Below, piece after piece: positions 1 through 11,415 of a stretch of 64,000 nucleotides of DNA. The position numbers and the translations under genes are program-made. A model generated the notes under the pieces. It was not told the origin of the DNA, ran no database searches, and worked only from the letters and a program-made list of their open reading frames with translations. Source of the stretch: Octopus sinensis (Eukaryota). The stretch is taken from assembly GCF_006345805.1 (NCBI RefSeq), contig NC_042998.1:119598001-119662000 (forward strand), in the 5' to 3' direction. How positions within the stretch are numbered: the stretch's first letter is position 1; every line of letters begins with the position of its first letter.

Positions 1-350
1 CTGTTTTATTTTTCAAGACTATACGGTATGATTTGAGAGCGATTTGGCTGCTATTTCTAGCATATTGAGTGACCACGTTGCTGCTTATTTTCTTAGCTGT
101 GGCTATATGAGTAAGCAAACAATGTAACTATGTCTAAACCTTCAATTTTTCCTGAAAGTGTCAATTACTTTGCTTTATCGATATATTTTCTACGTATAAC
201 AACTTATATGTTTTGTGCGACTCTTGTTTTATAGAATTCATTTTAACTTTTCCTTACAACTCTATTAGATCTTCGGTTCCAAGTTTTATCTCAAGTATGT
301 ATTATTGAATAAAAAAAAAACTGTTTCTCGACTCTCCAAAACGAACCAAA

Positions 351-582
351 GAGGGGTCCCATCAGGAACCCCAACCATCGGCCGTGGATCGTTTTGGTAC
401 TGAGCCGCACAGAAAGAATTAAAAATTTTATTTTATTGACTCTCACAGTCAACAGGGTGTTTGTATTATGTAATAATTAAATTATTATGCATTTAATGTT
501 TTATGTGCGTCATCCTCCGGTTTGTGAAAAAATAATCTTGCATGAAATCTGCCCGTGGTGCAGAAAAAGTTGGGGACCGCTA
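351..582. mobile_element. hAT/Charlie-type MITE
   Basis: Termini (G)AGGGGTCCC...CCCCAACC and AAAGTTGGGGACCGCT, with internal gagccgcacag and gaaatctgcccgtggtgcagaaaaagtt. The layout resembles MER1/Charlie-type non-autonomous hAT elements. Confidence 0.6.
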
Positions 583-2294
583 CTGGACATGATGGCTCAA
601 CCCAGTAGAAATAGCAGAGAAATCTATTAGAGGAAAGACATTAAATGATACAGACCGCTGCCTGACAAAACGTGCGATGATCACGGTTATAATGTCATTG
701 ATCATATGTCGACTGGATTAGCTTTTCTATCCTGGGATTAAAAAATATTTTTTTGTGACAAATAATTTACATAGCTAAAATGTCACTCGTTTCGAATGAG
801 TCTCTTATTCAGTTTTCCCATTGAAAATAGTCGAGAAGTAAAGAATCTATTTCCAGGAGGTTCTATGTAAGGTAACATCTCTCATTAGCCATCCCTACAA
901 AATTCTCTAGTACATAACGAATCAACTTTGCTCTTACACGGTAAAGCATATTCATTCCTTTCGCGATACCGTTATGGTTCTTGTCCTTATTTCTTGGGCA
1001 AGACTTGCTGTTTCATCTCAAATTTTTTACTAAGAATACATGCCCCATTACACATACGCATTCTCTCTTTCTCTTCATTCATGAGTTGCCAAATTATTCT
1101 CTTAAACCGGTTAGACGCTTTGAGGCAAATGGCTGATTAACTTGATAATTTATTTGAATTTAATGAATTTAACATTTGCTTCACTTGTAAATTTGAAACT
1201 ACTTCATTAACTGTATGTACTAATAACATGCTCACGGCATCAATGTGAGAACATGTAAAGGAAGGAAAATGATGTATTAGTACTGATAAAGTATAGTTGT
1301 TGCCTTGGCTTGTCTTGATCGAGTAGACCAATGCACGTGGTACTCCAAAAACACTTTGCCTCTGCTTAGTGTAAAACTTAGATTGCTATCTAAAGTTTTT
1401 TTTTTACTTTGTCGTTCAGTACATCACCTATCAGAAGTATCTAAATTTGTCATTAGACCATTTGAATTATTTCTCTTTCTTTTAAACTGTAGTACCTTAT
1501 GCAATAGGATTCGTTTTTATCGTAATTGGAGTGAATTTTAGCGTCGTCGTTCAGTTCCTATTTTACCGTCGTATAAGAACAAATGAAAGATATATTTTCA
1601 TTATTGAATTCTTTCGTCTAAAGCACATTTTAAATCATTTTAAGCTCAAAGCCAACTACTTTTAAGTTTAGTCGATTGTATATTGATCTTAGTTTTTGAC
1701 GGCTACTTTATTTTATCTACCTCACATGAAAGGCAAATCTAAACTCCACGGGATTTGAACTAGGAAAGTTGCAAGCCAGAAGAAATATCATAAGGCATTT
1801 TTCCGACGCTCTAAATTTTCTGCCAATCGACTGCTCTTAACGCGCATTTTAAAATAATGCGAAGTCCTGAGTGGGCATCAACATTTATTTCACTTCCAAT
1901 CCCACTAAATATGGAAGAAATTACTGCTGAGGTTCACCGCTGCAATAAGTATATCCTGCAAAACCTACTAAACGGGCTATTTGGCTTGTTGCTCGACACA
2001 TGCTAGATTACACTGACACGTGTGGTCAGTGTAGCAATTCTATAACGATAGGTGTTAAGCGGTGGCATTATATTCTTGAGTTGTCTTGTTTGACTAGAGA
2101 ATTGATACGAGGTCATGAATACAATGAAAGCATTCGGTATTTCTTTGCTTCCTGGATACCTTGAAAGTAAATGTATTTTCTTTGTCGAAAGTCTTACCGA
2201 AAAGTTAAAGCCTTTAGCAATTTATATATTTTTTTCCGCCCATGGCCTACATGTAAGGCTGACACTCTTATCTCTGCCATTGGCGGTGTGCAAA

Positions 2295-2795
2295 TCTATA
2301 TATATAAAACTCTAGTTGTGTGAGTGTCTGTCCCCTTCGATTTAGATTCCTAACTCCTCCCACATTTTGCGGTGCAGTTTAACCAAATTCGGGTATCTTA
2401 TAGTCGTGATTCATATCGAGCCCGTCTGACTATTAGCGCGCGTCAACGATGAGTCTACGATTTTAAAAATAATTTAACATAATTTTTTATTCCATTTTAA
2501 TGCATAAAATGCATCGTATGTCGATGGCGGCGGAGTTGGCGTCCACGCTCACAGCTGCACCTGTTTGCTTCTCCCCCTTCCCTCCCTCGTGAAGCTGTGG
2601 GGAAGGGAGTGTAAAGAAATCAACGTCGTAATGCATTGTGAAGGAAACCAGCGTTCTTTTAGAACGACTTCATGGCTTGAAGACACCAAAACAAAAATGG
2701 CTAAGAAAGCCCGAATTTATAAGGGAAGTAACTCTAAAAATGATTATATAGTTATTTCCCTTACAAACCCGAGCAACGCCGGGCGATACTGCTAG
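2295..2795 (+). mobile_element. Non-autonomous Helitron (copy A)
   Basis: 5' A|TCTATATATATAAA...; 3' hairpin CCCG-AGCAACGC-CGGG (2768-2783) followed by CTAG|T. Inserted in an AT dinucleotide with no TSD. CpG-rich. Confidence 0.85.
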
Positions 2796-3809
2796 TTTTA
2801 AATAAATTTTAAAATCTGCTCAATGGCTATCGGACCCTTTTTTTTAGAAAAGGTCCGATAGCCATTATTGAAGTTGAATCGGCAAAATATTCTGACTACA
2901 TTGATGTGAGCAAACAATGACTTTAAAAATCGTAAATTGTATCGAATGTTATTTGCAAAGAGTAGGATATGCCACCATATACGACGTTCTGTTTCTTTTG
3001 TGCATATGAAATTCACTGAAGACTCGCATTGTGTATAGATGGATACCTATGGAAGCGGAAATAAGTTAATTGCAAGAAATAAGATTTTCCTTGAAAAATT
3101 TTCGGAAAGACCCCCCCCCCCTCCCCCCACCATTTTCTCCCAAATTTGTTTATTCTAAAAAAAATTTTTGCCAAAAATCCCCGTTTTCGGATACTGAGGT
3201 TCCGGAAAATTGCCAAAAATAAGACTTCGGCTTTTCCATCATGAAAAAAATATCTTCACTTTTTCTTGTAAATTTCTGCAACGTAGTAAGTTTTCGCGGG
3301 GTTCTAGAAAGGAAAAGAAAAAAACGTCCAGTATTAAATAAGGGTTATAACGAAAATGTGTCAATGAACAAATAGACTATTTCTTTTGAATTTTATTTTA
3401 TAAATGAACGTTAATTTAAAATGAAAATCTTGTTTTTTAATTTTTTTAATTATTTTTATTGTAAACTAGAAATTAATTTAGATTAGTCACTGGTTTAGTG
3501 AATTTCTGGCGCGAGAATGAGAAGAGAGTATCTATAACTCGGTACAGAAAAGAGGTCACAAGAGAGTTCGTTTGAAAAGTATCAGCTTTCCTGTTTTCTG
3601 CCCAGTGTATTACATTCTTCTCCAGTATACATCAGTTGAGACTATGTGCATCAGTCTTGAATAAATCCTGTCGTTAAATTACTGGTTGGTTGTGCACTTT
3701 TGTAAAATAAGCTATCCTTTATTAATTAGGATCACCAAACTATTCTGTAATGTGACGCATGATCACCTCCTCCAATGCCCCCTCCCCTCTTGAAAGTTTT
3801 TATTTTGTC

Positions 3810-4117
3810 TTGCAAGTACTTGGTGACCCTGTCAGTGCAGGTGTCACTTAAAAACACCCAGTCCACACTGTAAAGTGGTTGATGCTCAGAAGGGCATCTA
3901 GCTGTAAAAAACCCTGCCAAAACTGACCTTGCCTGTACTTGTGCCACGTAAAAAGCACTAAGTTCACTCTGCTGAGTGGTTGGTGTTAGGAAGGGCATCC
4001 AGCTGTAAAAATCCTGCCAAAACAGTCACAGAAGTCTCATACAGGCTTCTGCCTAGCCAGCTCTTGTGAAACCAACCTACCCATGCTAGCGGAGATGGCA
4101 GATGTTAAACGATGATG
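3810..4117 (+). mobile_element. RTE 3'-end-derived short repeat (truncated LINE or LINE-dependent SINE)
   Basis: gtggttggtgttaggaagggcatccagctgta...cccatgctagc...gatgttaaacgatgatg matches 11255-11410. Confidence 0.8.
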
Positions 4118-4986
4118 TTCTAATAATGCTAACATAATGAAGAGTAACATTTAATACTCCTATCATTAAATGTTATTGGTGTTTTGTGGAGGGGTTGACA
4201 TTTATATACTTTTTGTCATAGATGGGATGGTGCATGCAAATTTGGACATTTATATGTTGTTGAAGCAATAGCTTGTCCTTTCATTTATGAAGTATGGGTA
4301 GAACATGTCAGCTAAGCAGACTGATGCCAGCAGAGCTGTCTCTTGCCCACAAACTACAACAGAAAATATTTATGACCTTTCTTTAGGTTTTTGAGAAATA
4401 TCACCCTCTGTAATTTTTTTGTTGTTAAAAATATAACTTATGTTAAACCTATTTATTGATAAGCGCCACCTTGCTAATTCCTGTATTGAATAAGAAGAAA
4501 GAAAATGAGCATCTCTGAAAGCTTTTCATAGTGTACATTTTAATGAATGGGGTGAATGAGTTTGTTACATCTTTGTAATCTTGGAAGCCAGTAAAGCATA
4601 TGAAACTGTCTCATTGAGAACTATTGCACTGAACAAGAAAATAACAATTCTGATTTGTGTGGGAATTTATTCAGTATTGACATTTCTTGTTTGGTTGACC
4701 AACTTCCCATTTTTGTCTATACAATGCCGTGAATATGGATACATACATATACATGTAATACAGGATATGTCTGCATGTATATGATGTGGAAAGTGAATAG
4801 AGCATTAATGGTTTTTGTTAATTGTAAAGTCATGAAAGGATCAACCCATTTCAGTATTGTGTATGTAATAGATACACTGTTTGTTTTTTCATCAAAACAA
4901 GTTAAATCTCAAGCAGTGCTTTACAAATTCCAGTAGGTGGCAAAACACTTATTGCACTTCATTAAAAAAAAATGTGTGTGTGTACA

Positions 4987-5380
4987 TATGAGGGTCAGCT
5001 AAAAAGTTCATAATCTAAGATACTCTCATGGACCAAATGAGTTTATTTTCCAGCATAGTCCCCCTTGCAGTCCACACATTTCTTCCATTGGTGTTGAGGT
5101 GCTTAGATCCTGCTAGTAAAAAGGCTTTCATCATGTTGGTAAAAAAAGATCAACAGCAGATACATCATCATCACAGTGATACTGGTTCCCAGCCAAGTGT
5201 TTTTTCATGTTGGGGGAGCAGATGATAGTCAGATGGGGCCAAATCAGGAGAATAGAGAGGGTGATCAACCAGTTCAAAACCACAGTCATACACAGCAGCC
5301 ATTGAAATCAAGAACTTGAAGATGGTCAATAAACATAATGCCTTCTGCTTCTCAAAAAACTGAAGCCATCAACTTCACTG
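4987..5380 (-). mobile_element. Mariner (DD34D) transposase C-terminal relic with one terminus
   Basis: The minus strand encodes KLMASVF*EAEGIMFIDHL and FELVDHPLYSPDLAPSDYHL (canonical YSPDLAPSDY). Mariner-like end TA(T)GAGGGTCAGCTAAAAAGTTC at 4987. Confidence 0.85.
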
Positions 5381-7168
5381 GGTACAAGATGCCAACCCTC
5401 TGGGTATTTAACAGTCTGTTAACCTCTGATTTGTTTACAGAAACTATTTTCTATATTGCTATGAGATTGTCAACATTTTGGTTTGATAAATTTTTACGAA
5501 GATGTTACTGTTATGTTTTTTTTTTCGCTCCTCCATTTGCACAATGTCTTTACTGTTGGAGTAATTGTTTTACAATTGTACAGTGTTAATCCTAGACCAG
5601 CTCTTATCCAACAATGATCAGACTTTTAGCCATGTTGCTCGGACTATATTTTGTGAACAACTTCTGTAGTTCTAACAGGTTCATTTGGTGGCTCATATTA
5701 TAAGACAAGAAAACAGGAAGAAATAACCCTTGGCCAGGGTCATCACACAATAACCAAAGTAAGCCTAAAGCTTTTGATTATGTCACCATCCCAAATGGAG
5801 ATGAGTACCAACATTTCCATATGGTACACCTGAACAATTATGAACATTTCTTCACATGAAATCATTGGTTGCCTTGTTAAGCCACAATATTTGGCAGAAA
5901 TTTGAATGCTAAAGGGTTAATATTCTTTTCATTGTTTTATGTCCATTTTACATACTGGAATGGATTGGATGTCTGTTCCACCACTGTCTTTCCATTTGTC
6001 AGAGCCCATTACCACCTGGTGTACTCAACCACAAAGAAACCCACCAAACTTTGATGTTGTGTATGCATTTCATTGATAATCGAGTCATAACTTTTGACCA
6101 ATGTTTTGTTTCTCAGTTATATCTGTAATTGATTGAGACTCAGTTAAAGAAAACCATGGAGAGCAAATAATAGATACTATTCTACTTATTTCAGTAATTG
6201 GACTGCACCCTTCCTGCATCACCACCTTCAAGGATTTAGTTGATCAAATCAATCCCAGTATTTATAAATCTGGTACTTATTGTCTTTGCTGAACTGCTAC
6301 GATATGTGAATGTTAACATAAACAAACATACACATTCACACATATATGTAAACTTGTGTATACATGCATACAGCAGGCTACAGCATCTCTTAAATTTAAT
6401 CAAAGGCATTGATCAGCTTGAGACTAGTAGAAAACATTTGCATAAGGTGTAGCGTGACTGAACCCCAAAAAACTTGTTACCCACACTACCATGCCTACAT
6501 TTTGACAGGAATGTAGCTCAGATAAACCTAAATGCTCAGTCATCACTGATGTGACAGATCTTAAATATTTCTCCGTAAGAAACTAAAATTGGTAATCTTT
6601 ATATATTTATTATTGTTAGTCAAGGTTCCAGTTAACCCTTTCGTCTATAAGTCTCGCATGTTCATATAACCCTTGACAGTATCCCTCTTCAGTCAACTTT
6701 TAGTAAGCTCTGATACACAGATAATGAATTAGTTTTAATTAAAATTACACTGTTAGGAGAAAAATCATTATCTAAATGGCTAATTCTACTCCAGCTGAAG
6801 AGGAACATACTGGAATTTAAGTTAGACTTCATTGTATATAGAATGCTGTTTACCAAATTTCACTCGTATAGCTTTGATTAACCCTAAGTCATAGTAGAGG
6901 GTTACATACAGTGGAATTGAACTAAAAACTGCATAGTTGCAAAGCAAACCCTAACTGTACAGTCATACAAGCATTCAATTGTCACATTTAAAATAGTTGT
7001 TGAATTATCAATTTCATTATCCATACACTGATAGATCTTTGGACTAGTGTGTGTGTGTATGAGCTTTAAGTTAGTTAAAATGTTTGTGACATATTGCAAC
7101 TCCCAAAGGCAAATTCACTGCAGTTACCATGGAAAAAAATTCTCTTTTACTGTATCTACCCCATACTT

Positions 7169-7212
7169 CTCCTAGATGTGTTTCTGGCTCTTTAGTCACC
7201 CTCAATGGGAAA
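7169..7212 (-). ncRNA. Degenerate minimal hammerhead ribozyme motif (mirror copy)
   Basis: The reverse complement reads TTTCCCA TTGAGGG TGACT AAAG AGCCA GAAACACATC TAGGAG. Same layout as 7500-7544, with CpG decay on the opposite strand (CGCG to CACA). Confidence 0.55.
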
Positions 7213-7499
7213 CACTGAATAGAGATAACCTTGAGCAAATTCAAAGCTGTAGCTTTACCTAAAGACAATCAACACTGGTGACTGGTCTAAATAGCAGCCC
7301 CAGCACCAAGCAGTGATGAGGAATATACGAACCTTAGGCTAGTTAAAATATGTTCGTTTCTTCTTCATCATTGCTTGGTGCTGATGTTTTGTTTTTTTTA
7401 TTTCGACCAGGCAGTCCACAAGTGCAACTCGGTCACTGATGTTGACTATTTTTAGATAAAGCTCCTGCTTTGAATTTGCCGAGTATTCTTTCACCAATG

Positions 7500-7544
7500 T
7501 TTCCCATTGAGGGTGGTTAAAAAGCCAGAAATGTGTCTGGGGAA
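7500..7544 (+). ncRNA. Degenerate minimal (type I) hammerhead ribozyme motif
   Basis: Stem I TTTCCCA/TGGGGAA; core-like TTGAGGG; stem II TGGTT-AAAA-AGCCA; GAAA; TGTGTC (CpG-decayed CGCGTC) with the GTC cleavage triplet at 7535-7537. Confidence 0.6.
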
Positions 7545-7594
7545 TCTGGTACAGGGAAACTCGGGGCAGATATGGTGTTTTTTTTTTTTTTTGT

Positions 7595-7630
<36 letters not shown>

Positions 7631-7705
7631 TAAAAGAGAAAAGTTCATTTTCCACCACTGCTTAGCAGTGATGCTGCCCTGTGTGTGTGTATATATATAT
7701 ATATA

Positions 7706-10428
7706 TCGGCCTATGCCCCTCAGCCAGGGCTACCCGATGGACAGAAAGACAGTTTCTATGACACCCTACTGCAGACCACCTCATCGACGAACGACAGGGA
7801 CCTTCTCTTTGTGGCTGGTGATTTCAATGGGCATGTTGGACGACATGCTGGGGGCTTCCATGGCGTACATGGAGGCTACGGTTATGGTTCCCGCAACGAG
7901 GAGGGTACCAGGCTGCTGGAGTTCTGCGATGCGAATAGTCTTATGGTCTGCAACACTAACTTCAGGAAACCAACAAGCCACCTGGTCACCTACCGATCGG
8001 GCCGGCATACTAGCCAAATCGACTACATCCTTGCCAGAAAAAGGGAAAGATGGCTGCTTAAAAATGCCAAAACCTTCCCAGGCGAAGAATGCACCCCACA
8101 ACATAGACTGGTAGTTAGTGACTTTAGGATCAGGACTAAGAGGGCGACTAGAAGACGACCAACATGGAGAAGAAGGGTCTGGAAGCTTAAAGCCCCTGCG
8201 AATGGACAGAGATTTAGAGATATGTTACTTGAAGCCTTTGACGAAGTGGAAGGGGGTATAGCTACACATGGGGTAGAAGACAACTGGACGTTTCTGAGGG
8301 ACAACCTGCTGAAAGCCGCTGACCAGATCTGTGGCTGGTGCAAAGTCCCCTTAAGACCCAAAATAACGTGGTGGTGGAACAATATTGTTGACAGGGCTAT
8401 TAGACAAAAGAAACAGGCTTGGAAGGCCTGGAAGAACGGTGGTAGCAGGGAAGGGTATCAGACTGCCAGAAGGGAAGCTAGGAGACAGGTCTATCTAGCC
8501 AGAGGGGAAGCAGATAAGAGAAAATTTGCCAATGTCCTGCGCCGTGAGGATGAAAGACTTGAGGTATTTCGTGTTGCAAGACAGTGTGTGAGAGAGAATC
8601 GTGATGTGGTAGGAGAGAAATGTGTTCGCATGGAGGATGGTTCACTTGCGCTAAATGAGGATGCAAAGAGAGAAGCTTGGAGACGCCACTATGAAAGGTT
8701 ACTGAATGAGGAAAATGAATGGGATAAAGAGAGTCTGCCGAATGTTGACCCTACAGAGGGACCAGCTATCCGAGTTGATAGTTCCGTGGTAGCTAAGGCA
8801 ATTAGAAGCATGAAGACAGGGAAAGCCCCAGGCCCATCAGGAATTACTGCAGAGATGCTCAAAATATCTGGCAGTGTCGGCTATAACCTAGTCACCCGTA
8901 TAGTCAACCAGGTGATACACGAAGGAGTCATACCCAATGACTGGTGCAGCAGCATACTAGTCAACTGCTACAAAGGTAAAGGTGATGCCCTAGATACAAA
9001 TAATTACAGAGGTATCAAGCTGTTGGATCAAGTAATGAGGTTACGGAGAGGGTCATAGCCCAACTAATTAGAGAGAGAGTTAGTTTAGATGAGATGCAGT
9101 TTGGGTTCGTGCCAGGAAAAAGTACCACTGATGCTATATTCCTGGTAAGGCAGCTGCAGGAGAAATACCTAGCCAAAGATAAGCCCCTGTACCTAGCTTT
9201 CGTTGACATGGAGAAAGCTTTTGATAGGGTCCCCCGATCCCTTATCCGGTGGTCAATGAGGAAACTAGGGATAGATGAATGGCTGGTGAGGACTGTGCAA
9301 GCCATGTACAGAGATGCCGTAAGTAAGGTTAGGGTTGGCAACATGTACACAGAAGAATTCAAAGTAGAGGTTGGGGTCCACCAGGGTTCAGTACTCAGCC
9401 CCCTCCTATTTATCATAGTACTCCAGGCAATTACGGAGGAATTCAAGACAGGCTGTCCCTGGGAGCTCCTCTACGCTGACGACCTTGCTCTTATTGCTGA
9501 GTCACTATCAGAACTGGAGGAGAAGTTCCAGGTGTGGAAGGAGGGTTTAGAATCAAGGGGCCTTAGAGTCAACCTAGCTAAAACCAAAGTACTAATAAGC
9601 AGAAAGGTAGACAATCCACAAATATCTTCAGGAAGATGGCCCTGCTCGATCTGTAGAAAAGGTGTAGGTAGAAACTCGATAAGATGTACCCAGTGTAAGC
9701 TATGGACACATAAGAGGTGCAGCAATGTCAAAGGTAGGCTAACTGGGAAGATAGTTTTTGTATGTGGCAGATGCTCGGGAGCATTAACCTCCGAAAATCT
9801 GCAGAAAACAACTTCCGTCACTTTCCAGGGGGAAAAACTAGAAGTAGTTGATAGCTTCCGTTATCTAGGTGACCAAGTCAGTAGTGGGGGTGGGTGCGCT
9901 GAAAGTGTAACTGCTAGAATAAGAATATCCTGGGCAAAGTTTAGGGAGCTCTTACCTCTGCTGGTGACTAAAGGCCTCTCGCTCAGAGTAAAAGGCAGAC
10001 TGTATGATGCGTGTGTACGAACAGCCATGCTACATGGCAGCGAAACATGGGCTGTGACTGCTGAGGACATGCGTAAGCTCGTGAGGAATGAAGCCAGTAT
10101 GCTCCGATGGATGTGTAATGTCAGTGTACATACTCGACAGAGCGTTAGCACCTTGAGAGAAATGTTGTACCTAAGAAGCATCAGTTGTGGTGTGCAAGAG
10201 AGACGATTGCGCTGGTATGGGCATGTGGCGAGAATGGATGAAGATAGGTGTGTGAGAAAGTGCCAATCCCTAGCAGTTGAGGGAACCCATGGAAGAGGTA
10301 GACCCAGGAAAACCTGGGACGAGGTGGTGAAGCACGACCTTCGAACTTTAGGCCTCACTGAGGAAATGACCAGAGACCGAGACCTTTGGAAATATTCTGT
10401 ACGTGAGAAGACCAGGCAGGACAAGTGA
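7706..10428 (+). pseudogene. RTE endonuclease/reverse transcriptase ORF, split by a single 1-nt deletion near 9038
   Basis: ORFs 7685-9058 and 9094-10428 join if one A is restored in atga(a)ggtt, giving QVMKVTERVIAQLIRERVSLDEMQFGF. YADD at 9472-9483; stop TGA at 10426-10428. The N-terminal part of the APE domain is missing. Confidence 0.92.
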
Positions 10429-10520
10429 GCCCAGCCCACTTATGAATGCCTTTCCTCCCTTGGACACAAAGACCGGTTGAGGCAAGCGAAGTCGATATAG
10501 AACCTCATCCGACGACAGAC

Positions 10521-11125
10521 ACCCATCCCAACCCCCCATGCTTGCGAAGACATGTTGGGGCAAGCGAAATCGAAATCGAAATCGAAACCGAATTGAACCA
10601 GCCAGGATCCCTGGCCTGGTGGTACGTAAAAAGCACTATCCGACTCGGGGCCGTGGCACGTAAAATACTCCAATGCGACCGTACGACAGGCACCCATGCC
10701 AACCCCCTTTGCTTGTGAAGACATGTTGGGGCAAGCGAAATCGAAATCGAATTGAACCAGCCAGGATCCCTGGTCTGGTGGTACGTAAAGCACTATCCGA
10801 CTCGTGGCCGTGGCACGTAAAATACTCCAATGCGACCGTACGACAGGCACCCTTGCCAACCCCCTTTGCTTGTGAAGACATGTTGGGGCAAGCGAAATCG
10901 AAATCGAATTGAACCAGCCAGGATCCCTGGTCTGGTGGTACGTAAAGCACTATCCGACTCGTGGCCGTGGCACGTAAAATACTCCAATGCGACCGTACGA
11001 CAGGCACCCTTGCCAACCCCCTTTGCTTGTGAAGACATGTTGGGGCAAGCGAAATCGAAATCGAATTGAACCAGCCAGGATCCCTGGTCTGGTGGTACGT
11101 AAAAAGCACTATCCGACTCGTGGCC
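10521..11125 (+). repeat. Tandem array of ~157-bp units (about 4 copies) in the RTE 3' UTR
   Basis: GCTTG(C/T)GAAGACATGTTGGGGCAAGCGAAATC recurs at about 10540, 10711, 10868 and 11025. Matching spurious ORF starts at 10673, 10830 and 10987 are exactly 157 nt apart. Confidence 0.95.
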
Positions 11126-11415
11126 GATGCCAGCACCGCCTCGACTGGCTTCCGTGCCGGTGGCACATAAAATACACCAATCTGACCGTGGCCGTTGCCA
11201 GCCCCGCCTGGCACCTGTGCAGGTGGCACGTAAAAAGCACCCACTACACTCACGGAGTGGTTGGCGTTAGGAAGGGCATCCAGCTGTAGAAACATTGCCA
11301 AATTAGACTGGAGCCTGGTGCAGCCTTCTGGCTTCCCAGAACCCCGGTCGAACCGTCCAACCCATGCTAGCATGGAGAACGGACGTTAAACGACGATGAT
11401 GATGATGATGATACT

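Larger units (their letters stand above)
7115..7671. repeat. Long imperfect inverted repeat (arms ~7115-7332 and ~7352-7671), probable Penelope-like inverted pseudo-LTR remnant
   Basis: cagcaccaagcagtgatgaggaatatacgaac (7301-7332) pairs with gttcgtttcttcttcatcattgcttggtgctg (7352-7383). Complementarity continues outward through gctttgaatttg, tgtttcccattgagggtg, agccagaaa and taaaagagaa, with indels and a T/TA microsatellite in the right arm. Confidence 0.85.
7706..11412 (+). mobile_element. RTE-clade non-LTR retrotransposon (LINE), 5'-truncated, young, with (GAT)n tail
   Basis: Begins abruptly after a (TA)n tract at ISAYAPQ. APE endonuclease motifs GDFNGHVG, SQIDYIL and QHRLVVSD; RT motifs NYRGIKLL, QFGF, DMEKAFDRV, GVHQGSVLSPLLF and YADD; RTE-type C-terminus RRLRWYGHVARM...GRGRPRKTW. 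Long 3' UTR ending in acgatgatgatgat. CpGs are retained. Confidence 0.97.

Noticed and set aside
7533-10439. Overlapping alternative-frame and antisense ORFs (7533-8114, 8023-8382, 9015-9446, 9861-10439 and others)
   Set aside because: Shadows of the RTE coding sequence.
10521-11125. CRISPR-like appearance of regularly spaced repeats
   Set aside because: Whole units are repeated with no unique spacers, there are no cas genes, and the context is a eukaryotic LINE UTR.
10440-11373. Cluster of 65-245 aa ORFs on both strands
   Set aside because: By-products of the GC-richer 157-bp tandem repeats in the LINE 3' UTR; repetitive translations with no domain.
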